DNA of 64,000 nt from positions 2,112,001 through 2,176,000 of the forward strand of contig CBDBCY010000004.1 of assembly GCA_965203555.1 (NCBI GenBank), written 5' to 3'. Each line of letters opens with the position of its first letter. Position 1 is the first letter of the stretch. Positions 57,119 to 64,000 of the stretch are shown here, one piece after another. Both the position numbers and the translations under genes were made by a program. The DNA is from Acidimicrobiia bacterium (GTDB lineage Bacteria; Actinomycetota; Acidimicrobiia; Spongiisociales; ZC4RG35). The notes under the pieces were generated by a model that did no database searches, was not told where the DNA came from, and saw nothing but the letters and a program-made list of their open reading frames with translations.

Positions 57119-58333
57119 ATGACAATTTTTAGAAGGCAAAAGGTGCCAAAAGCAATGAGTAGTAGTCGAAGAGTGCTGATTGTTATGCTAGGCCTAATAT
57201 GCGTTATTGCGCCGAGTTGCGGTACAGCATCAACAAACAACCCACCAGACTCCCAACCATCCATCACTACCGTAGCGCCGACCACCGATCCGCTAAATAA
57301 CTCTCAGGATTCCACCACCACAACGGCACCGACAACAGATCAACAAGCCGTCACCACAACAGTTGTAACAACACATCAACAAGAACCCGCGCCAACTGTT
57401 CAAGAATATGAAAAGGATACAGAAGTTTTGTACCTGGAAGAGATCATTCCCCCCTGTGCTGCGGTAGACGGCAGTAGTCGTGACCCCTGCGCAGCGGGGA
57501 CACTACCTGTCATAGTTCATCACGATGAGCTATCGGAAGAACCTAAGATTCACGCTCCTCCCCTTGAAACGATCCTGAACTACTGGAATGCAGTTCACTC
57601 TTTGTCGACCCATATTGTTCTCCGCGGGACAGTCCTACCAGACACAACCCGCTGTGAGATATTCGGAATCACTATACCAAAGTATGAAGAGGAGTGGGTC
57701 CGTGAGATGTTTTCCGACTGGAGCCAGTTGTTTTGTTTCGCTGATGTGAGGGTAAACGAGTATTTGCTGGGAACAGGCCCTCCCCAGTTGAGCGTGATAA
57801 TGCGGATCGAAAATCCTCCCGGGCCTTCGTTGTTGGAAGAACAAGTAGCAGACGCATATGAAGGGGCCGAAGGAATACTGTTCCTCTCCACCGGCCACAG
57901 CCTCCAGTTGGAAGCATGGGAAATGGCGTTCTTCTGGGACGTTCAACAAATCGACAGCGAAACAAGAGTCATCGCCACCGACAAAGACGAATACCCCCAA
58001 ACCCCCGAAAACCTCGCCCTGCTGGACAACACACTCGCCGACTTCCGAACCAAGATAACCAAAGCAGCCGCCACCAGAGCCGCCCACACCGGCGGACGGA
58101 TCGGATTCGACCCCTCACTGCCGCTGTTGCTAACCGACGCCAACCAACTCAGCACCTACTACGGAGCGATCGGAGCCGTCTACGACAACCCGGAACAAGC
58201 ACCAACCACCCCACCACCCGTCCCCGGAGCAGAACAGCCCCCCACACCACCCGCCAATACCGGGGAAAACCAACAACCCCAAACCCCACCCGCCCCCGGA
58301 GAAGACACCCAACCACCCGACTCCACCCCCTAA
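57119..58333 (+). CDS. Hypothetical lipoprotein with Thr-rich and Pro-rich ends
   Basis: Lipobox-like IAPSC; ATGA overlap with the protease stop; Cys pair IPPC...DPC. Confidence 0.75.
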   Translation: MTIFRRQKVPKAMSSSRRVLIVMLGLICVIAPSCGTASTNNPPDSQPSITTVAPTTDPLNNSQDSTTTTAPTTDQQAVTTTVVTTHQQEPAPTVQEYEKDTEVLYLEEIIPPCAAVDGSSRDPCAAGTLPVIVHHDELSEEPKIHAPPLETILNYWNAVHSLSTHIVLRGTVLPDTTRCEIFGITIPKYEEEWVREMFSDWSQLFCFADVRVNEYLLGTGPPQLSVIMRIENPPGPSLLEEQVADAYEGAEGILFLSTGHSLQLEAWEMAFFWDVQQIDSETRVIATDKDEYPQTPENLALLDNTLADFRTKITKAAATRAAHTGGRIGFDPSLPLLLTDANQLSTYYGAIGAVYDNPEQAPTTPPPVPGAEQPPTPPANTGENQQPQTPPAPGEDTQPPDSTP

Positions 58334-58507
58334 CCCGTCAGGGCCGTTTATCGAGTAGGAGATCTCGAACACCCGACGCAGAGAGCAGACCTCGTATTGG
58401 AGACCGGCAACAGCAAACACCAGACCCCCTCCGAGATCTCAGTGCAGCGGGAAGACCATTTCAATTATCGCCAACAACTTGGCTCGGCGGGAGTAAACAT
58501 GACTCCC

Positions 58508-58715
58508 GGGTCATCGGATTTTACGGAGGAGTGATGGTTGTGAGGAGTTGCCAGTTGGGCTTTCCGGCGTACAGGAGCGCTCGAGTTCGGTAGGTGGCAA
58601 AGCTTCGGAACCCGAATGCTCCTCGTTTGATCCGTTTGGTGAGATTGTTCAACCTTCTGTGGGTCCGTTCGTCACAGTGGAATGGCGCCACTTCGTGATC
58701 TGGGTAGCCCAACGA
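58508..58715 (-). mobile_element. Remnant of a second, different ISL3 (3' end only)
   Basis: WATQITKWRHSTVTNGPTEG / frameshift / LNNLTKRIKRGAFGFRSFATYRTRALLYAGKPNW; IR-like end GGGTCATCGGATTT. Confidence 0.8.
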
Positions 58716-59160
58716 GCGATAGTACACCGGCCCTTTATCCAGAACAGGGTCTCGCCCCGCCCCTACCGCTTTCACCCGCCCGAACCGGGCAGTATCGGCT
58801 TCCAACAGAGCGTCGCCCCGCCGGACGACCGCACCGTTCACCGTATGCCAATCACACCCCAGGTTTTTCCCTGACCCGGTTGAGAGAGGCCCGGCGGGCC
58901 TTTCGTCCTCCCGCGATATCGGCCATCCTGACCGCGATGAGTCTCCGGGTCCCCGGGCGCCAAGGCAAGCACCGCCACGCCATCAACTCGAACACCAGCG
59001 ACTTGACTATCTGGCTGGGCCGGCATCCCACCGCCCGGGCGGCATCGACCGCGGTTTTGGTTCCGCTGCTCAAGATTCGGATGTCCTCCTCAATGTCCAG
59101 TCCTTGGCATCTGTCCACGAAGCGGCGGGTTGCATCAGGCAGATTGGCTGGATCCGACAC
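58716..59160 (-). pseudogene. YbaK/EbsC aminoacyl-tRNA editing protein, multiply frameshifted
   Basis: TKTAVDAARAVGC..SQIVKSLVF, then DGVAVLALAPGD and VIG in other frames; truncated near the IS remnant. Confidence 0.75.
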
Positions 59161-59237
59161 GCCTCTATACCTTATCAAACCGGCTGGGGTATTCTCGGAG
59201 ACGTTCAGAGCCGGGATCGATTGAATAAGGAGCACCT

Positions 59238-59693
59238 ATGAGGCGAACCATCGAGCATGTCAGGGAGTTCGCGGCTGCCGATCAGGGACTGGCGTTTGTT
59301 TCCTTTGCCCGGGCGAATGGGACGGTCCACTCCACTCTGATCAACGCCGGGGTGATGACCCATCCCGTCACCGGTGAAGAAGTGGTGGCGTTCGTGGTAC
59401 GGGGAAACACGGTCAAACTCCGCCACTGGCGGCACACCCCCCAGGCCACCATCACCTTCCGGGCAGGATGGTCTTGGATCGGCGTGGAGGGCAGGGTAAC
59501 CCAGGTCGGTCCGGATGATCCCATGGAAGGATTTGACGCCGCCGATCTGCCGGGACTGCTTAGGGACATATTCACGTCCGCAGGCGGTACCCATGAGGAC
59601 TGGGACGAGTACGACCGCGTGATGGCTGCCGAACGCCGCTCAGGGGTGTTCATCCATCCGGCCAGGATCAGGGGGACGAATCTGGGCAGATAG
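59238..59693 (+). CDS. Pyridoxamine 5'-phosphate oxidase-like (PPOX/F420-dependent) protein
   Basis: RANGTVHST..NAG, FRAGWSWIGVEG, AGGTHEDWDEYDRVMAAERR. Confidence 0.88.
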   Translation: MRRTIEHVREFAAADQGLAFVSFARANGTVHSTLINAGVMTHPVTGEEVVAFVVRGNTVKLRHWRHTPQATITFRAGWSWIGVEGRVTQVGPDDPMEGFDAADLPGLLRDIFTSAGGTHEDWDEYDRVMAAERRSGVFIHPARIRGTNLGR

Positions 59694-59716
59694 GGGGCAG
59701 GAGATTCCACACCCGG

Positions 59717-60337
59717 TCAGGAGATCGACCAGGTCCCTTCCCTTCCGCCCACTGTCCAGCCGTCCGGTCCCTCCCCGACACGGTATGTCAGCCAGAGTCC
59801 GCAGGTCCCCCCGCACCAGAGGTTTGCTCCTACAGTTGCCCCCTCACCATCGAAATCCGCAGGAGCCAGCGTGACGATGACGCTGCCAGGTATCACCGGC
59901 TCCAGTACATCCTCTCGCACGAATGCGTCCGGGTTACTGACGAACTCAACCGGCCCAAGATGCTCGATAGCGGCGATGATTGCCCGTCGTTGCTCGTTGC
60001 TGAGAAGCCGCTCCGTCTGGCGGCTGTTCATCGCATCTCCGGCGTAGGGATCGAGGTAGTCCACTATCAGGATGCGGGTGAATCGGTGATGAGGGCCGAA
60101 GGTGTTGTCGATCTCCACCAGTTGGCGCGTCACCGCCGCGTAGATCTGGATCTCCGCAGCTGGGCGCTCCTCTTCGGTCAGACCACCGCTCCCACACGCC
60201 GGTAGGAGAAGGAGACCTACCAGGGCGAAGCCCAAAACCGACGGAGATGGTGTTCTCCACCTGGCCGACGTCTTCGCCGAGTTATCAATGGCACGCGGCT
60301 CCGCAGTGGCTTCTCGCACCGGAGGAACTTCACCCAT
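59717..60337 (-). CDS. Hypothetical lipoprotein (true start probably downstream of 60337)
   Basis: Lipobox LPAC; C-terminal WCGGTCG motif. Confidence 0.65.
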   Translation of the reverse strand: MGEVPPVREATAEPRAIDNSAKTSARWRTPSPSVLGFALVGLLLLPACGSGGLTEEERPAAEIQIYAAVTRQLVEIDNTFGPHHRFTRILIVDYLDPYAGDAMNSRQTERLLSNEQRRAIIAAIEHLGPVEFVSNPDAFVREDVLEPVIPGSVIVTLAPADFDGEGATVGANLWCGGTCGLWLTYRVGEGPDGWTVGGREGTWSIS

Positions 60338-60443
60338 ATCCGGTCAGTATGGCGGCCGCGGTGAAAGCACCATGCCTGTTGAATGGGGGGGTGTGGTCTG
60401 TCTTGGACGACGCCGCATGTCCGATCAGGTATTTTCACTTTGG

Positions 60444-61010
60444 ATGGCTCTGTTCGTGTCGCGCCGGGAGCGTCGCCTGTGGTCCTGGACGCTCGCCATT
60501 GTGGTGGCGATCTTTTCGACCCTGGGGGTGGCGGGGGCGATGGCCGAACAGCTTGCCGAAACCGGCCTTACCACGGTGGGCTTCGCCGGGGCGATGTTCC
60601 TGGTCGGGGTCACCGTGGTAGTCCAGGGGCTGAGGACCAAGCCGACCGGCGCCGAGATCGGCGTGGCGCTGGGGGTGGCGGTGGTCTATCTGATGGTGTT
60701 GCTTCGCATGGCGCTGGCGGAACGCAGCCACCTGATCGAATACGGGGTGGTGGCCTCCTTCATCTACGAGGCTTTGAAGGAGCGAGCCGGGCACGGTGGC
60801 AGGATCCCCGTCCCCTCCGTGCTGACGGTTCTGGCTACCGGGGTGGTGGGAGTGCTTGACGAATGCATTCAACTCTTGTTACCCAGCCGTCACTTCGACC
60901 CGGTCGACATGCTGTTCAATACCCTGGCAGGCCTGATGGCGGTGCTGGCGAGGGTGGCCCTGGCCCGAGCCAGACGCCGGAGATTTACCATCCCACCGGG
61001 ATCGGGCTAG
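60444..61010 (+). CDS. VanZ-like membrane protein
   Basis: ERSHLIEYG, LDECIQ..LPSRHFD..D...N; multiple TM helices. Confidence 0.8.
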   Translation: MALFVSRRERRLWSWTLAIVVAIFSTLGVAGAMAEQLAETGLTTVGFAGAMFLVGVTVVVQGLRTKPTGAEIGVALGVAVVYLMVLLRMALAERSHLIEYGVVASFIYEALKERAGHGGRIPVPSVLTVLATGVVGVLDECIQLLLPSRHFDPVDMLFNTLAGLMAVLARVALARARRRRFTIPPGSG

Positions 61011-61066
61011 GAACCGCCGCGGAGACCTGGAGACGGGCAGCAACCCACCTGATACTCTGGCGGCCT

Positions 61067-61846
61067 ATGGCTTCCGGTTTGGATTCTCGAAGAGCGGTGG
61101 TGACCGCCGGGGCGGGTGGTCTGGGGCTGGTGATCGCCAGTTCTTTGGCGGAAGCCGGGGCTACCACATTTGTGTGTGACATCGACGGGACCGCGGTGGC
61201 GGCTCTGCCCGCCTATCTCTACGGATGCACCGTGGACGTCGCAGACGCTGAGGCGGTAGCCGCCTGGCTTGATCCCATCGCAGCCGAAGGCGTTGACATC
61301 CTGGTGAACAACGCCGGCTCGGCGGGACCCACTGCCGCGGTGGAAGACGTTGATCCGGGGGAATGGCGAAGGTGCCTGGAAGTCTGTCTGTCAGCTCAGT
61401 TCTACTGCGCTCGGCGGGTGATTCCTGCCATGAAGCAGCGTGGTGGGGGCGCGATCGTGAACATCACCTCCACCGCAGGGTTGATGGGAATGCCCAATCG
61501 CACCCCTTACGTGGCCGCCAAGTTCGGGGTGGTCGGATTGACAAAGACTCTGGCGATGGAGTTGGGCCGGGACAACATCAGGGTGAACGCCATTGCTCCG
61601 GGGTCAATCACCGGCGAGCGGATGGACCGGGTGATCTCCGCCCACGCTGCCGCGGAAGGCATAACCGCCGGGGAGGCTCGTTCGGCGTACGTGCAGGGAA
61701 CCTCGATGGCCACCTTCGTCACGCCCCAGGAAGTGGCGGACCTGGTGCTGTACCTGGTCGGCCGTTCCGGGCGCCGCATCAGTGGACAGGTGATCTCTGT
61801 CGACGGCCACACCGAGACCTTGTTTCCCCGCATTCCCGACAGATGA
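61067..61846 (+). CDS. Short-chain dehydrogenase/reductase
   Basis: TAGAGGLG, NNAG, YVAAK, SGQVISVDG. Confidence 0.92.
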   Translation: MASGLDSRRAVVTAGAGGLGLVIASSLAEAGATTFVCDIDGTAVAALPAYLYGCTVDVADAEAVAAWLDPIAAEGVDILVNNAGSAGPTAAVEDVDPGEWRRCLEVCLSAQFYCARRVIPAMKQRGGGAIVNITSTAGLMGMPNRTPYVAAKFGVVGLTKTLAMELGRDNIRVNAIAPGSITGERMDRVISAHAAAEGITAGEARSAYVQGTSMATFVTPQEVADLVLYLVGRSGRRISGQVISVDGHTETLFPRIPDR

Positions 61847-61920
61847 GGTTTCTGGGAGGAAGTCGTCCCGGACTCATACGGGCAGGCCGCAGGACGAAAT
61901 CTCTGAAAGAGGGCTTGTAA

Positions 61921-63663
61921 TCAGGGGCTTCCCTCGACCTGGACCCTGATGATGTCCACGCCGTGGAATTTCTGGTGGCGCACGGTGGAAGAGTAGTGGC
62001 GCAACAGTCGGAGCGAGAGATCATCGACTGATGAAATGGTGGCTTCATCGGTTAGGAACGCCAGCTGGTCCTCGATGTTCTCATGGCGTGTCGTAGCGAC
62101 GAACTCAAGTTCCACCATCGTGCCCTGCGGCCGGGCGACCACGATGAGACGGGGAGTATCCATACCCTCGGTTTCTTCATTCTCCTCCGTCAGCAGGGTG
62201 GCGAGCGTTTCTTCGCCGGCTGACCGCAGCTGAAGCGTGGAGGCTTCGTTCCATGCCAGCCTGGATGCCAGTCGGGCCAGGAATTCGTCTATCGCCGGGA
62301 GCGACTCCATGGCCAGCGTCACCTCCAGGCGAGAGCGTCGGGTATTCATGGATTCGAGCAAAAGGGTCATCCCGATGGCGACGGTCGCCCCGATCGTGAC
62401 ACCGCTGCCGAGCAGGCTGCCCCACTCATCGCCCAGGAGGTCCCGCATGACAGAGTTTCCGTGGAGGCCCAATCCCAATGCACTCGCCAGCGCCACCACC
62501 AGCATGCGCTGGGGATTGAGGCCGTCGCGCAAGGTTGTCTTGCAGCCGTGGACGAAGAGAACGCCCATGGCGAGCATCAGGTAGGCGCCCAACACCGGTC
62601 TCGGGATCGTGAGCAGCGCAGCGGTGAACTTGGAGAAGAAGGCCAGTGCAACCGAGACGATCGCCACGCCGACGCCAACTCGACGAGCGGCGACGCCGGT
62701 TAGGTTGATCAGCGAGAGACTGTACGAGGAATTGGATATCGGAGGCAGCGTGCCGGCGATACCGGAGAGGAACATTCCGATGCCGTTGACGGTGACCATG
62801 CCCTGGATCCGACGGAAGTCAATGGCCCGCGGCTGTCGGCGGGAGCCCTGCTGAATCACCACACTGTCGCTGACTGTCTTGATCCCGAGCACCAGGGTGA
62901 GAATGGCGAGCGAGGGCAAGGCGATCCAAAACTCCGCGCCCGGAGTGAGATCCAAACTCAAGGTCGGCACCTGGGGTATGTCAAACCAGTTGGCATCCGC
63001 GATTCGGTCCGCATCAAGCACGCCGAATGCGGCAGCGACGGCGCATCCGGCCAGGATGCTGATGAACGGGGCGACCACGCGCCAACGTCCAGTGGTGCGT
63101 AGCGTCACAATCACCGAAACCAGCAGGGTTATACCGGCGATCACCGGGCCGGCGGCTGGCGGCGCGTCGGCCGGCAGGTCCCCGACGGTGTCGAAAGCAA
63201 TGGGCAAAACGCTGACGGCAATCAGCATCGTCACCGTCCCCGAGACCGCCGGTGTGACGATACGCCGCAGCGTCGGCAACCACCAGGCCAGCGCCACTTG
63301 GATCAGGCTGCAAACAACCAGCAGGCTGGCGAACGTCGCCGGTCCGGCTCTGGAGATCGTCGCCACCATGACGGCGATGAACATCGCCCCGGGCCATGTG
63401 AGTACCACATGACCCGCGCCGAATCGCGGGAGTTGAAACGCTTGCAACATCGTGATAACAGCAGAGATCAGCATTGCGGCGAAGACGCCCCACGTCAGAT
63501 AGCTGTCGTCGAGTCCCGAGGAGCGAATCGCGATCGCCACATGCATGACGGTCGGCGCCAGCACGAGCGCGGCGCCCTGGAATCCAACCAGCAATGCAAT
63601 CGAGGGAGGACAGGTCTCCTCGGGCTCGAATCGTATGGGCTGTTCGGTGTTACTGGCTGTCAA
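61921..63663 (-). CDS. NCS2 (xanthine/uracil permease family) protein with a C-terminal degenerate HATPase/anti-sigma-like domain
   Basis: Many TM helices, TP.VSG.V, LTGVAARRVG, IP.PVLG; soluble ~140-aa tail. Confidence 0.8.
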   Translation of the reverse strand: MTASNTEQPIRFEPEETCPPSIALLVGFQGAALVLAPTVMHVAIAIRSSGLDDSYLTWGVFAAMLISAVITMLQAFQLPRFGAGHVVLTWPGAMFIAVMVATISRAGPATFASLLVVCSLIQVALAWWLPTLRRIVTPAVSGTVTMLIAVSVLPIAFDTVGDLPADAPPAAGPVIAGITLLVSVIVTLRTTGRWRVVAPFISILAGCAVAAAFGVLDADRIADANWFDIPQVPTLSLDLTPGAEFWIALPSLAILTLVLGIKTVSDSVVIQQGSRRQPRAIDFRRIQGMVTVNGIGMFLSGIAGTLPPISNSSYSLSLINLTGVAARRVGVGVAIVSVALAFFSKFTAALLTIPRPVLGAYLMLAMGVLFVHGCKTTLRDGLNPQRMLVVALASALGLGLHGNSVMRDLLGDEWGSLLGSGVTIGATVAIGMTLLLESMNTRRSRLEVTLAMESLPAIDEFLARLASRLAWNEASTLQLRSAGEETLATLLTEENEETEGMDTPRLIVVARPQGTMVELEFVATTRHENIEDQLAFLTDEATISSVDDLSLRLLRHYSSTVRHQKFHGVDIIRVQVEGSP

Positions 63664-63910
63664 TGGTCAACCAATCGCTCCATCGGTTTCCAGCAGAAAG
63701 GGCCCATGCACAATAAACCTGGATGGCGAGCCATCTTGTAGCGCAAAACCCTCTTAGCCATCGCACCTGTACATCGTTGCGACCAAACCAAAACCATCAG
63801 ACATTCCCTGAGCTATCCTTGGCAAATGTCCTCTCTCATCTTCTCGGATCGGCTCTCTCGGAACGTCGGGTCTGGAAGAAGGGCGGACTCTTAGAAGAAT
63901 AGGACGCACC

Positions 63911-64000
63911 ATGGACGCTTCACTGTTCCAACTCGAAGGCAAAAGGGCACTGGTTGTGGGAGGCGGCCCAAGGGCATAGGGGAGAGCACCGCCAGGCTCC
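63911..64000 (+). pseudogene. Start of an SDR gene, frameshifted as read (pseudogene or sequencing error)
   Basis: MDASLFQLEGKRALVVGGG then GIGESTARL in another frame; two extra bases in homopolymer runs. Confidence 0.6.

Larger units (their letters stand above)
55179..57122 (+). pseudogene. Secreted matrixin-like zinc metalloprotease, disrupted by a frameshift (~55335) and an ISL3 insertion
   Basis: Signal-peptide-like 5' ORF; the reading frame continues across the IS (…ATTRTL|ACVPTL…); HEAGHIFGLDH plus SIM Met-turn. Confidence 0.75.

Noticed and set aside
55761-57122. 453-aa ORF as a real transposase-protease fusion
   Set aside because: It is an alternative frame of the IS that happens to run into the 3' part of the interrupted protease; the first ~340 aa are low-complexity Pro/Arg-rich.

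Overview
High-GC bacterial chromosome segment. Gene content (DUF3151, Rv2466c-like DsbA, HhH-GPD repair protein, F420/PPOX protein, SLH-domain protease, Thr-rich lipoproteins, many apparently leaderless genes) points to Actinomycetota, most plausibly Acidimicrobiia; this is inferred and was not searched. Housekeeping genes (dgt, dnaX, recR, trpB2, proC, bcp, pheA, ppdK, form II coxSLM-like) are interleaved with accessory material. (1) A class II Fic gene sits between dnaX and recR where ybaB/ebfC normally lies. It is preceded by a perfect 73-bp x2.5 array: three 37-bp palindromic units and two identical 36-bp spacers, with GTTA motifs in helical phase. (2) There is an orphan HEPN gene and three VapBC-type loci: one intact, one whose toxin has only a CTG start, and one decayed. 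(3) A visibly lower-GC catabolic island of about 14.4 kb carries AtuA-like + DUF4387, hydantoinase/oxoprolinase AB, a peptide ABC transporter, an amidase and a phosphotriesterase homolog. (4) A secreted metzincin + lipoprotein cassette is broken by an intact ISL3 with an 8-bp target duplication and shows a G/T-to-C/A skew switch. (5) An NCS2 permease is fused to a degenerate anti-sigma-like domain. No rRNA, tRNA, cas genes or true CRISPR array were found. All calls come from reading motifs by eye.
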